Assembly: GCA_964016885.1 (NCBI GenBank)
Contig: OZ024753.1
Coordinates: 8,990,001 to 9,054,000, forward strand
Reading direction: 5' to 3'
Length of the DNA stretch: 64,000 bases
From: Eledone cirrhosa
Lineage: Eukaryota
The notes beneath the pieces were generated by a model. The model saw nothing but the letters and a program-made list of their open reading frames with translations, ran no database searches and was not told where the DNA came from. The translations under genes were made by a program, and so were the position numbers. The number at the start of each line of letters is the position of its first letter. Position 1 is the first letter of the stretch. Shown piece by piece: positions 12,305 to 25,270 of the stretch.

Positions 12305-12900
12305 GAGGATTAGCAAATATGTCATTGCAGTATTTATTTTGGCTCTTTACATTCTGAGTTCAAATCCTGCTGAGGTCAACTTTGCCTTTTATCCTTCCAA
12401 GGGTTGACAAAATAGAGTACCAATGAAGTACTCTGGTTGATTTGATTGACTTTGTCCTGGCTCTACCCCCCCCCCCCCCAAAAAAAATTTACTGGCCTAA
12501 ATTAGAAACCATTGTATACAATTACATATATAATTATAGCATTAGAAAATATGTGGTTATGCGTTCATTAGGAATTTAAAAGGATTGAATATATCCCGCT
12601 GAGGTTAACTTTGCCTTTCATCCTTATGGGGTCAATAAAATAAAGTACCAGTAATGCACTGGCGTATTTGCTGGCCTTGTGCCATGCCAAAAGTAGAAAC
12701 AATTATTACTGCAGTGGATTGGTAGTATCGCTAGAGCATCAGACACCATACTTTGTAGCATGGAGTTACGGCCCTTTACAGTGTGAGTTCAAATCCCGCC
12801 GGGGTTAACTTTGCTTTTCATCCTTTTGGGGTCGATAAAATAAAGTACCAGTAATGCACTGGGGTAATTGCTGGCCTTGTGCCAAAAGTAGCAACAATGT
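12305..12900 (+). mobile_element. cluster of three SINE-A copies (tRNA head, Nin/Deu-like central domain, (ATT)n-type tail)
   Basis: GAGTTCAAATCC B-box followed by GCCTTTCATCCTTACGGGGTCGATAAAATAAAGTACCAG and GGCCTTGTGCCAAAAGTAGAAAC; another copy at 10725-10878. Confidence 0.85.
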
Positions 12901-12995
12901 TATAAGTAGAATATTATCTACACAAATGTAAACAATTGAATTTGGGTATCAAGATATTTATAAAAATATTGTTAGAATTTAGTTATAAATATATA

Positions 12996-13670
12996 GGCGC
13001 ATGGCTTAGTGGTTAGAACATTGGGCTTGCAATCGAAGGGTTGTGAGTTCAATTCTCAGACCGGGTGATGTGTTGTTTCCTTGAGCAAGACACTTTATTT
13101 CACATTGCTCCAGTTTACTCAGCTGTAGAAATGAGATGATAGGGACTGGAGTCCCTATCATTCCACTGCAAAGTGGTCGTAGAGGTGCCATGGCAAAAGA
13201 AGTACCCAGCCCACACTGTAAAGTGGACGTGTAGGTGCCACGGTAAAAAAGCACCCAGCACTCACTGTAAAATGGTCGTGGAGGTGCCACGGTAAAAAAG
13301 CACCCAGCACTCACTGTAAAGTGGACGTGTAGGTGCCACGGTAAAAAAGCACCCAGCACTCATTGTAAAGTGGACGTGTAGGCGCCACAGAAAAAAAAGT
13401 ACCCAGCACTCACTGTAAAGTGGACGTGTAGGTGCCACGGTAAAAAAGCACCCAGCACTCATTGTAAAGTGGACGTGTAGGTGCCACGGTAAAATAGCAC
13501 CCAGCACTCATTGTAAAGTGGACGTGTAGGTGCCATGGTAAAAAAGCACCCAGCACTCATTGTAAATGAGGTTGGTGTTAGGAAGGGCATCCAGCTGTAG
13601 AAATCAAGCCAGAATCAGTTGGCATCCCACCCTTGCAAGCAGGGAAAAGTGGACGTAAAACGGTGATGAT
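12996..13670 (+). mobile_element. SINE-B with internal 49-bp unit amplified about 8 times (13168-13566)
   Basis: Full head and tail; unit GTAAAGTGGACGTGTAGGTGCCACGGTAAAAAAGCACCCAGCACTCACT. Confidence 0.9.
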
Positions 13671-14109
13671 AGTGAAGAGTTTCATAATTAAACAGCTTAA
13701 GTGATAATGTAAAAAGTTCTTTAAAATCTAGATATGAAGTTTAAATTTAAGTAGAATAATAGAAAATATATTGAAATAATTGTCCACTGAAAATAAGACT
13801 AAAATATTTAAAACTAAAAGTAAGTGGATCTCCGTCAGTTTCAATGATGAGTATTTAGCCTCCCCTTCTGCCTCCTCCTCATCAACTTCATCTTCATCAT
13901 GCTCCCATCCTCCTCTACCTCCCCTTCTTCATCATCATCATTATGCTCCCCTCTTCCTCCTCCTCATAATCATACTCCCCTTTTCTTACTCCTCCCCTTC
14001 ATCATCATCATTAGCCCCCCCCTCCCCCTTCTTCCTCCACCTCCTCTCCTTCCTCATCCTCATTATCTCATCATCAATAGAGTTTTTGAAACATTGAAGC
14101 GAAACTATA

Positions 14110-14470
14110 AGGTCGGATGCTATGCTTTGCAGCATAGAGTTACGGCCCTTTACGGCCTGAGTTCAAATCAAGCTGAGGTTAGCTTTGCCTTTCATCCTTA
14201 CGTGGTCGATTAAATAAAGTACCAGTAATACACTGGAGTAATTACTGGCCTTGTGCCAAAAGTAGAAACAATTATTACTATGGCGGATTAGCAGTATCGG
14301 TAGAGCATTAGATACCATACTTTGCAGCATAGAGTTACGGCCCTTTATGTTCTGAGTTCAAACTCCGCCGAGGTTAACTTTGCCTTTCATCCTTATAGGG
14401 TTGATAAAATAAAGTACCAGTAATGCACTAGGGTAATTGCTGGCCTTGTGCCAAAAGTAGAAACAATTAT
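14110..14470 (+). mobile_element. two head-to-tail SINE-A copies
   Basis: Same SINE-A motifs repeated, separated by ATTATTACTAT. Confidence 0.85.
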
Positions 14471-14587
14471 TTAGCATAACAGTTCATTCAGAAGTTTAAT
14501 GTTTCCTAGGAAACACAGCCAGTCAAGAAAAAAAACCCCAAAAAAAATTTTGGTTAAAAGGTTAAAGTTTCAAAGTTCTATGTAGTT

Positions 14588-15300
14588 TCCGGATCTGCCA
14601 GCCACACCAATGTCGCTGCGGTTCCACCGTGGACTCTTTCGGCCTCCACCCGCTTTCCTGTCGCCACAGTGCTAGCCGCATTCCACGCCATGCTGCCCTC
14701 AATGGGGTCATTAAGCATGGCTTGGATGCTGCAGGCTTCTCTTCCCAGTTCGAGCTGGTGGGGCTGGATCGAGGGGATGGCAAAAAGGCCAGATGGCATG
14801 ACCATCTTCCCGTTCCGTGGTGGCAAACCCCTCGTCTTGGATGCCACTTGCACCGACACTTTCTGCAGCCGCAACCTGGTGCAGTCTGCAACTGACCCAG
14901 GTTCTGCTGCACGTCGGGCTAAGGGGACTAAACTCCTCAAATACCAGTCGCTCTCCGACAGGTTTGCGGTCGTACACCTGGCAGTGGAGACTTCTGGTGT
15001 CCTCAGCCCCAGGGTTACCTCCTTACTCACCACCATAGGTGCTGAGCTGGCCAGCCGCAGGTGTGAGCCCCGCGAGTTGGGGTGGCTTTTCCAGCACGTC
15101 TCCCTTGCCGTACTCTGGGGAAACGCCTTCTCCATTCTGTCAGCCGGGGCTGTGGGTGGGCCCCATCACGTACTGTTGTAGTTGTTGTAGAAGAAACAGG
15201 AAGACAACAATATCTGTAGTGTTGCTGTTATTTGAAATAGAATTGTATACGGTTGTTTATTAATTGCATCCGGATTTAAGCAAACTTTCAAATTAATAGG
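14588..15300 (+). mobile_element. CRE-clade non-LTR retrotransposon 3' fragment (CCHC knuckle plus restriction-like endonuclease), one frameshift
   Basis: CRCG..VDSFGLHPLSC..RHAALN..GLDRGDGK/RPDG.T.FP...G..LVLDATCTDT..K..KY..L..AVETSG..SLAVLWGNA. Confidence 0.85.
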
Positions 15301-15898
15301 TCGTAGTAGTAGTAGTAGTAGTAGTAGTAGGTGGTGGGTAAAAACCTCAGGGAAGAAGAAAGAAGAAAGAAAATAGAGCAGAAGTCTAACTAGTTAATAT
15401 ATAATCAACTTCAATTGTAGAACTGTAGCCAGAGAGAAGTGATTATCAGAAAATAAAATATTAAACAAGAGAAACCATATCAATTTTTCAGTGGTATAAG
15501 CTGTTTGAACTAGGTTTCTTCTTATAAGAAGTAAGTAAAAAAAAATAATGTTATCAGAAAATAATATGAAATGGTTTTTTTTTAGGGGTTTTTTTTTTGG
15601 TTTCTTTACTCTGAGAGGATTTGAGGCATATTATTATTTTTTTTTTTCAAGACAAAAAATTTCTTTTTTAATATATTTTTCAACTTAGTTATCTATAGAG
15701 TTTCTTAAACAACCAAGTTCTCTCACACACATCTATTCTCTCTAGAAATTACCAATTGATCAAACCTAACAGAACATTAGATTATATATGTATGTGTGTA
15801 TATATATATATATATATTCATATACATATATATATTCACATATATATATATTCGCATATATATATATATCTATTCACATACATATATATATTCATAAT

Positions 15899-15962
<64 letters not shown>

Positions 15963-16014
15963 TATATATATGTATATATATATATATGTATATACACATA
16001 TATATATATATATA

Positions 16015-16307
16015 ATCATCATCATTTCATTTTTACGTCCGTTTTTCCCTGCTTGCAAGGGTGGGACAGGAACTGATTCTGGCTTGATTTCTACAACTAG
16101 ATGCCCTTCCTAACACCAACCTCATCTACAGTGAGTGCTGGGTGCTTTTTTTCTGTGGCACCTACACGACAACTTTACAGCTGAGTAAACTGGAACAATG
16201 TGAAATAAAGTGTCTTGCTCAAGGAAACAACACATCACCCAGTCTGAGAATTGAACTCACAACCTTTCAATTGCAAGGCCAATGCTCTAACCACTAAGCC
16301 ATGTGCC
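16015..16307 (-). mobile_element. SINE-B (internally deleted) inside (TA)-rich tract 15785-16700
   Basis: Head and tail motifs as other SINE-B copies. Confidence 0.85.
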
Positions 16308-16466
16308 TATTCATATACATACATATATATATATATATATTCAAATATCTATATATTTGCATATATATATATATTCACATACATATATATATATTCATAT
16401 TTATATATATATATATATTCATTCATATATATATATATTCATTCATATATATATATATATATATTC

Positions 16467-16569
<103 letters not shown>

Positions 16570-17181
16570 TATATATATATATTCATATATATATATTCAT
16601 ATATATATATTCATATATATATATATTCATATATATATATTCATATATATATATATTCATATATATATATTCATTCATATATATATATTCATATACATAT
16701 ATTATTTTTTATCTTTTTCTTAAATATTCAGTTCATAGAAAATTTATTTTCTTTCGTATATGAAATAAACTCTTCTGATATTATTTCGGAAACTCAATTT
16801 CCACAATCCAGTCGGTTTTTCAAATTTTGAATTTAAATAACTTCTTGAATTCAATTATAAACCATTGGGAAGTCCTTGGAGTAGGAAGATGGTTTCCAGT
16901 GAACCAAATCAACAAAGGAGCCCCTACATGATTGCTTGACTTGCTATAACTAGCAGAAATACTGTCTTCAAATCACATACAATTATCTTAAAAAAGAAAT
17001 GACCCTATACATTTTGAGTTCAAATCCCGTCGAGGTTAACTTTGCCTTTCATCCTTACGGGGTCGATAAAATAAAGTACCAGTAATACACTGGGGTAATT
17101 GCTGGCCTTGTGACAAAAGTAGAAACAATTATCTTAAAAAAAGAAAAAGGCTCAATCTGTAATATAGTTTGAGTTTGTAAA

Positions 17182-17410
17182 GGTGTATGGCTAAGTGGTT
17201 AGAGTATTGGATTTGCAATTGTAAGGTTGTGAGTTCGAATCCTGGGCTGGGCATTGCATTATGTCCTTGAGCAAGACACTTTATTTCACGGTCCTCCTTC
17301 TGCCTGGATTTGCGACTGGTAGATAGTATTAGTAATTGGAAAGACCAATGGAAACATTGTTTCCTCAGTCTGATTTGACGAGATATGAGATCTTGTCAAT
17401 CAACTGTTGA
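17182..17410 (+). mobile_element. SINE variant C
   Basis: TGGCTAAGTGG A-box, GGTTGTGAGTTCGAATCC B-box, GTCCTTGAGCAAGACAC domain. Confidence 0.75.
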
Positions 17411-17480
17411 CTGACGATGCACTGACTGAATAAAATATGGAACACTCAGAACTGGAATATCTTTGATCATAGGTCTATTC

Positions 17481-18097
17481 CAGCAGTCCCCACCCTTTTT
17501 GTGCCTTGGACCAGTGTCATGCAAAACTATTTCTCCACGGTCGTAGGGTCAGTGTCAGTATTGCACATAACAGAACACAATAAAGATTAAACTGCATATA
17601 TCTAATTTTATTATTTATTTAATTATTAGCTATATACTGTAAAGCTGAGTCAATTCAACATAATGCAGACTCAACTCAACTTAAGTTAGACGCAACTCAA
17701 CATAAGGTAAACTCAACTCAACATAAGGCAAACTCAACTCAATATAATGCACACTCAACTCAACATAAGTTAGGCTCAACTCAACTTAAGTTAGACGCAA
17801 CTCAACATAAGGTAGACTCAACTCAACATAAGGTAGACTCAACTCAACATAAGGCAAACTCAACTCAATATAATGCACACTCAACTCAACATAAGTTAGG
17901 CTCAACTCAACTTAAGTTAGAACCAACTCAACATAAAGTAGACTCAACTCAACATGATGTAGACTCCACTCAACATAAGTTAGACTGCAATAGTCAATGA
18001 AATGGAAAGAAAAATGTTAAATTTTTTTTTGTGCGGTGTTGTACCAAATGGTCCACAGTCCGTTACCAATCCACAGCTCAGTAGTTAGGGACCACTG
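17481..18097. mobile_element. non-autonomous hAT element with internal about 21-bp minisatellite
   Basis: TIRs CAGCAGTCCCCA.. / ..TAGGGACCACTG; 8-bp TSD GTCTATTC / GTCTATTT; ACTCAACTCAACATAAGGTAG-type repeats 17650-17985. Confidence 0.8.
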
Positions 18098-18939
18098 GTC
18101 TATTTAATCAGTGCTTAACTGAGGGCTAACCAACATCAATTAGCTTTTATTTGAATATTTTACTTCACTTGGAAGGAAAATAAAAGCCCAACTACCACCA
18201 CAAAAATCCAAAAATACATTCCTCCTCTCTTTAGAGAAATACCTAAGAAATCACTGTACATTGCACAACCTAACACCCCATATATACTCAAATATAAGTC
18301 CATTAGAATATAAGCCAGCCCTACTATTTTGTAGATATAGTGTATCTACTTGTGTAGTACTAAATCAGCTCTGATTGAGCAAACGCAAACCTATGATCAA
18401 AAGTCTTCCAACTGTAAGCGTCTATTCTAACTATTTTATAGATACTGGCAAAAAAACCACCCTTTGGGTTGTTTTCTGCTAGCATGTGTAGTGTGTATAT
18501 TGATATTATACGCAAATATATATATATACATGTAGATATGATACATCAAATAAAATCTTAATTGACAATATGCATAGAAATTGAAGAGAGTCTGTGTTAC
18601 ACTCTCTTCTGTAATCAGTAAAGTAATCCATGATATATTTAAAAATCATGATATTATATATAAACTGCATTACGGTGAAATGTTATGAAAACGAAAAAGG
18701 AGAAAATTAGTGATGGAAATATAATCGTTATGATATAACGATGCAAATATATGAACATTTATATAAGTGATATGATATAGCATATGGATGCTAACTGGAA
18801 GTATTGACATTTGAAAATTTTAAAAGAAGTGAATCTTAAAATAAGCAATCATTATATATAAGAATATTTATGTTTAATCAACAGCTACGAAATTTAGTGG
18901 ATAAATTATGTAATATTCATTCATTATTTATTCAAACAG

Positions 18940-19130
18940 CGGTGGATTGGCAGTATCGGTAGAGGGTCGGACGCCATGCTTTGAAGCATAGAGTTACGGC
19001 CCTTTATGATCAGAGTTCAAATCCGGCTGAGGTTAACTATGCCTTTCATCCTTATGTGGTCGATAAAATAAAGTACCAGTAATACACTGGTATAATTGCT
19101 GGCCTTGTGCCTAAAGTAGAAACAATTATT
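18940..19130 (+). mobile_element. SINE-A, full length
   Basis: TGGCAGTATCGG A-box through AGTAGAAACAATTATT tail. Confidence 0.85.
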
Positions 19131-19250
19131 TATTCAAAGTAATCCAACTTATTTTACTAACGGGATAAAAAAATATATCTAGGAAACAGTCCCGCACTCC
19201 TTACTTTATTATATTATGATAGTGTATCTAGTTTAAAATGCCATCTTTAA

Positions 19251-19470
19251 CCCTTTAGCATTCACATTACTCTATATATACTATTATATTTTCATGGTAA
19301 AGGCTTTACCTCACATAAATATCTCACATAATATCGAATCTATGAGATTTTGAAAGTATTTATTTTGAGAACAATACCTTAACATCAGTTTGAGCGCCCA
19401 GTTTCAGCCAATTTTAACAGAAAGAGGTAGAGAATTCTGGATGGTTTTGGCTGGTTTGAACATTAAAGGG
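19251..19470 (-). mobile_element. piggyBac-like MITE family 1
   Basis: TTAA-CCCTTTAGCATT ... TAAAGGG-TTAA. Confidence 0.85.
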
Positions 19471-20634
19471 TTAAGCTGAACCAGAAATCAATTCACAGTA
19501 CCTCACCTGATTTTCTACCAATTTCACATATAAAATTATCTTATTTTTGGGGGTTTTTTCACCTGAATGACATTAACAATCTCATCACTTGTGACACATA
19601 AAAGAAACTTTAAATTGAAAAAAAAACTATATTATACAAAGTGCTCTTTAGTTTTTTAAGATAAGAGATGTTGTAATTTGAATGAGATTTGACTGCTATT
19701 TTTAGCAAATTGAGCAGCTATGTAGAGCCTCCTCAACTGGCATGTGATTTTAGATATTACAAAATCTATTATATATATATATATACATATATAATATTTA
19801 AACATATTTTTATATATATAAATATATTTAAACATTTATAAATATATATATTTAAACATATTTATATATATATATATGTATATACATGTGTATGTGTACA
19901 CACACACAAACACACACGTGTATATATATATATATATATTTATTTAAGTAGCCTCATATATATAACCACAATATATATCTATTTTATAACAAGTAAAATA
20001 TTCAATAGCTAGTGGAATATAATTACATTAACTTGTACATTTTAAACTTTCCATTTTCATTTGATATCTCAATGGCTTTTCATTTCATTTCATTTTAAAA
20101 TATATTTTAATATTTGTTTATTTAGATCTATTTACATTATACAACTTATTTTTTAAAAACAACAACACTAAAAATTATATAGCATGCGGCAAAGTTTTGG
20201 GTTAGAGAGTACATAGATAAAATTCTATTAGAACTTTATAATTGCTAAAAGATACAGAGAAAATTAACAGAGATGATAATAACAACACCAGCAGCTGCCA
20301 GAGAACAACAAACGTAAAGAGAGAACAATGGGGAAAAGAAAGACAAAGAGTGCTTTCATTCTATATAACTAAAGTTATATAGAATAAACTGGAAGTTTGA
20401 CAAAACACAACCAGAGTAATTTGTAAAAGCACATGCATTTGACTGTGTCACATCTTTTATGTATTCTGTATATATATGATAATTTTTAAAGAGGGGAACA
20501 AAACGAACTAAAAATATAGATGTAATAATATAAAACTTTAAACAATATTGTGCTAGGATGTTGATGAAATAATAAAGACAAGAGAATATATTGGAAATAA
20601 CAGCAATAACAACAATAATAACAATAATAGCAAC

Positions 20635-20664
<30 letters not shown>

Positions 20665-20665
<1 letters not shown>

Positions 20666-20949
20666 TTTTCTTTATTAACCACAAGGGTTTACATAAAGTA
20701 GACATTAAGGACAGTACAGGACAATAGAGGACGGTACAAATGGGCATTTCTGTGTGTAAAAAAAACAGAGGATGTAATAAAATAACAAAGAAAAATTCCC
20801 CAATAGGGGGTAGACTTCCGAGGGACATTTGTGGAGAAAGCCCATTAAAAGACCACAGTGACCCTGACCACCAGGGCAAGTGCCCTCTCCCAGTTTTCCA
20901 CCTTTAATTTACAGACACATACTCAGAGAAGGCCCATTCATTCGGGCCA
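20665..20949 (-). mobile_element. Tx1/L1-clade LINE, 5'-truncated copy (mostly 3' UTR)
   Basis: Highly similar to 21197-21500; AATAAA near the 3' end; (AAT)n on both sides. Confidence 0.65.
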
Positions 20950-20990
20950 TAATAATAATAATAATAATAATAATAATAGTAATAATAATA

Positions 20991-21178
20991 ATTGTTTCTA
21001 CTTTTGGCACAAGGCGAGCAATAACCCAGTACATTACTGGTACTTTATTTTATCGACCCTGTAAGGATGAAAGGCAAAGTTAACCTCGGCGGGATTTAAA
21101 CTCAGAATGATAAAGGCCGTAACTCTATGTGTCAAAGCATGGCGTCCGACCTTCTACTGATACTGCCAATCCACCGCC
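20991..21178 (-). mobile_element. SINE-A
   Basis: Reverse complement of SINE-A consensus. Confidence 0.85.
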
Positions 21179-21196
21179 CATAATAATAATAATAAT

Positions 21197-21827
21197 GCTT
21201 TCTTTATTAATCACAAGGGTTTACACAAAGTAGACATTAAGGACAGTACAGGACAATACAGGACGGTACAAATGGGCATTTCTGCGTGTAAAAAAAAAAC
21301 AAAAAAAACAACAGAGGATGTAATAAAAGAAGAATGAAAAATTCCCCAATAGGGGGGAGACTTCTGAGGGCCATCGTGGAGAAAGCCCATTAAAAAAAGC
21401 CACAGTGACCCTGACCACCATGGCAGGTGCCCTCACCCAGTTTTCCACCTTCAGTTTACAGGCATATACTCAGAGTAGGTCCACTCACTCGGACCATTCT
21501 TGCCTCTCTCACCCAGCTTTCAACAAAAAGCTGGGAAGAGAGCACCTCCCTCTCTACCCTGATTTTCCTTTTCAAATGAAATTGGAAAAAGTTAATCAGG
21601 ACATCACTGAAGAGGTAAGGGCTCGTCTTCAGTCCTTTCAGACGCGTCCACCATACTATCTCTTTCGCCATGGCCACCAGACAGATAAAAACTGCCTGCC
21701 CTTCCCGGCTAAAGGAAGAGGGCGGGGCAATCCACACGATGGACTCAGCTGATACTCGGATCCGTTCCACACGCGACAGCAGGTGTTCGACATAAACCCA
21801 CAAGTCAGCAATGCTCGGACACTGCAC
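21197..21827 (-). mobile_element. Tx1/L1-clade LINE 3' fragment (ORF2 C-terminus plus 3' UTR)
   Basis: QCPSIADLWVYVEHLL...VAMAKEIVWWTR...FVESW matches the post-CCHC C-terminus (CP...W, AKxxIWxxR, FxxxW) of L1/Tx1 ORF2; open frame 21456-21827. Confidence 0.7.
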
Positions 21828-21861
21828 AACAATAATAACAAAACAACAATAATAATAATAG

Positions 21862-22238
21862 TTGTTTCTACTTTAGGCACAAGGCCAGCAATTACCCAGT
21901 GCGTTACTGGTACTTTATTTTATCGACCCCGTAAGGATGAAAGACGAAGTCAACCTCGGCGGGATTTGAACTCAGATTGTAAAGGGACGTAACTGTGCTG
22001 CAAAGTATGGCGTCCGACCCTCTACCGATTCTGCCAATTCACCTAATAATAATTGTTTCTACTTTAGGCACAAGGCCAGCAATTACCCAGTGCATTACTG
22101 GTACTTTATTTTTTCGACCCCGTAAGGATGAAAGACGAAGTCAACCTCGGCGGGATTTGAACTCAGATTGTAAAGGGATGTAACTGTGCTGGAAAGTATG
22201 GCGTCCGACCCTCTACCGATACTGCCAATCCACCACCC
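21862..22238 (-). mobile_element. two tandem SINE-A copies
   Basis: Near-identical direct copies. Confidence 0.85.
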
Positions 22239-22384
22239 ACAATAATAATAATAGTGATGTAAAATGGATGTTTATCATTGTCACTTTTGAAGAAATGGAA
22301 ATTCTTCACTGATGATATATTTATAGTCTTTTAGAATTTCTAATTAGTTTCAAAAACCTGTAGTTTCTTTTTTACAAAGAAAAG

Positions 22385-22920
22385 AGCACACACACACACA
22401 CTTGTGCACGTGTGTGTGTTTGTACATATGTGTGTGTACATCATGATCGTTTAAGATAGACGTTAAACGATGAGGATGATGATGTACACACACACACACT
22501 TGTGCATGTGTGTGTGTGTATGTGTGCACGTGTGTGTTTTTGTACATATGTGTGTGTACATCATGATCGTTTAAGATAGACGTTAAACGATGAGGATGAT
22601 GATGTACACACACACACACACACACATGTACACACACACACACTTGTGCACGTGTGTGTGTGTATGTGTGCATGTGTGTGTGTTTGTACATATGTGTGTG
22701 TACATCATGATCGTTTAAGATAGACGTTAAACGATGAGGATGATGATGTACACACACACACACACACACATGTACACACACACACACACACTTGTGCACG
22801 TGTGTGTGTGTATGTGTGCACGTGTGTGTGTTTGTACATATGTGTGTGTACATCATGATCGTTTAAGATAGACGTTAAACGATGAGGATGATGATGTACA
22901 CACACACACACACACACACA
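22385..22920. repeat. 4-copy tandem repeat (120-150 bp) of an RTE/SINE tail plus (CA)/(TG) tracts
   Basis: GTACATCATGATCGTTTAAGATAGACGTTAAACGATGAGGATGATGAT recurs at about 22436, 22556, 22700, 22848. Confidence 0.9.
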
Positions 22921-23114
22921 CACATGCATACACACATACACACACACACATACAGACATGCACACACGTATGCACACATATGCGTGCACACACACGCATG
23001 CACACGCACACATCAGTTGTTTTGCTTGTTTCAATCGTCATATTATACAAAACCTTCACCGTCACATCGTGTAATGTCCCATTTCTTGTGTACCCTTGTG
23101 GCAAATAAAGAAAC

Positions 23115-23149
23115 ATATATATGTATATGTGTATATATATATGTATGTA

Positions 23150-23228
<79 letters not shown>

Positions 23229-23371
23229 ATATATATGTATATATATATATGTGTATATATATGTATATATATATGTATGTGTATATATATATATATATAT
23301 ATGTATGTGTATATATATATATATGTGTATATATGTATGTGTATATATATATATATATGTGTATATATATG

Positions 23372-23422
<51 letters not shown>

Positions 23423-23793
23423 GTATATATATATATGTATATATATATGTGTATATATATATGTGTATATATATATGTGTTTATATATATGTGTATGTAT
23501 ATATATATGTATATATATATGTGTATATATATGTATATATATATGTATATATATGTATATATATATGTATATATATGTATATATATATGTATATATGTAT
23601 ATATGTATATATGTATATATATATGTATATATATATGTGTATATATATGTATATGTATATATGTATATATATGTATATATGTATATATATGTATATATGT
23701 ATATATATATATGTATATATGTATATATATATATGTATATATGTATATATATATATATGTATATATGTATATATATGTATATATATGTATATA

Positions 23794-23842
<49 letters not shown>

Positions 23843-24256
23843 GTATATATATGTATATATATGTATATATATGTATATATATATATGTATATATATGTAT
23901 ATATATATGTATGTATATATATATATGTATATATATGTATATATATATGTATGTATATATATATGTACGTATATATATATGTATGTATATATATATATGT
24001 ATATATATGTATGTATATATATATGTATGTATATATATATGTATGTATATGAATATATATATGTATGTATATGTATATATATATATGTATGTATATGTAT
24101 ATATATGTATGTATATGAATATATATATGTATGTATATGTATATATATATATGTATGTATATGTATATATATGTATGTATATATATATATATGTATGTAT
24201 ATGTATATATATATATGTATCTATATGTATATATATATATGTATGTATGTATGTAT
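23115..24256. repeat. long degenerate (TA)n/(TATG)n microsatellite
   Basis: Direct reading; a similar tract occupies 24885-25268. Confidence 0.95.
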
Positions 24257-24257
24257 A

Positions 24258-24884
24258 AAGTAAGTAAAAAAATTTTTAAAATTTTTTTTATAAATATTTT
24301 CTTATTTTACGTCTTTTATATTATTGTTCTGCATCCTCCTGCATTGAACCACCTAGGTACTATGACATAACCTGTGTATTTGCTGGCATGGGCGTGCATC
24401 TGTGCACTTATGTTAGTTGATATATTAAATTATCTATATTTATCTCCAAATCACTGATTTGTCGAGCAAACCTGCCAAAACCACTTCTAAAAAATTTTTT
24501 TTTCTTTGGGGTGTTAGTAGGCGTCAGTCATCTTACCATCCCATTCCTTCTAACTAGCCTCTGTGTCGCGTGATTGATTCTTTAGAATCGGCCATTTGAC
24601 TTGAAGCAGTGAGAATTTCAGTACATAGAATCCAGTCCTCGCCGGCTGTTCTATCTACCGAATTATTATTATTTTTATATGAGCCGCCAGTGTCCGCGCA
24701 TTGCCTGGAGACTTAGCTGAGAATAGACTCCCTGATGACGCAATGAATTCTCGACAGTTGGATTACGTAACTGTCTTTATCCCATTGCAGAAACTAATTA
24801 GTTGGAGTGAAAATTTAAGTAAGTAAGTAAAAATTTTTTTTAAAATTTTTTTTAAAAATATTTTCTTATTTTACGTCTTTTATA
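24258..24884 (+). mobile_element. non-coding hammerhead-bearing element with about 64-bp terminal direct repeats (retrozyme-like or Penelope pLTR)
   Basis: AAGTAAGTAAAAA...TATTTTCTTATTTTACGTCTTTTATAT at 24258-24321 and 24821-24884; (TA)-rich flanks; no ORF. Confidence 0.7.
24727..24808 (+). ncRNA. type I hammerhead ribozyme with extended stem II
   Basis: ACTCC CTGATGA C[GCAATG...GACAGTT/AACTGTC...CATTGC]A GAAA CTAATTAG TT GGAGT; GUU site. Confidence 0.85.
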
Positions 24885-24892
24885 TATGTATG

Positions 24893-24925
<33 letters not shown>

Positions 24926-25048
24926 ATATATATGTATGTATATATATATGTATGTATGTATATATATGTATGTATGTATATATGTATGTATATATATATG
25001 TATGTATATGTATATATATATATGTATGTATATATATATGTATGTATG

Positions 25049-25083
<35 letters not shown>

Positions 25084-25270
25084 GTATATATATATATGTA
25101 TGTATATATATATGTATGTATATGTATATATATATATGTATGTATATATATATGTATGTATATATATATGTATGTATATGTATATATATATATGTATATA
25201 TATATATATGTATGTATATATATATGTGTATATATATATATATGTATATATATGTGTATATATATATACA

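Noticed and set aside
12996-13070. tRNA gene-like sequences at SINE heads
   Set aside because: A/B boxes run into SINE bodies in many copies; no intact cloverleaf
21607-21632. CTGAAGA with hairpin as a possible hammerhead
   Set aside because: No GAAA or stem III; lies within the Tx1 coding remnant
22882-25270. Long ORFs rich in Y/I/C/V/M, including the N-terminal part of the 519-aa ORF
   Set aside because: Translations of (TA)/(TG) microsatellite, which lacks stops; only the part after about 25271 is RT
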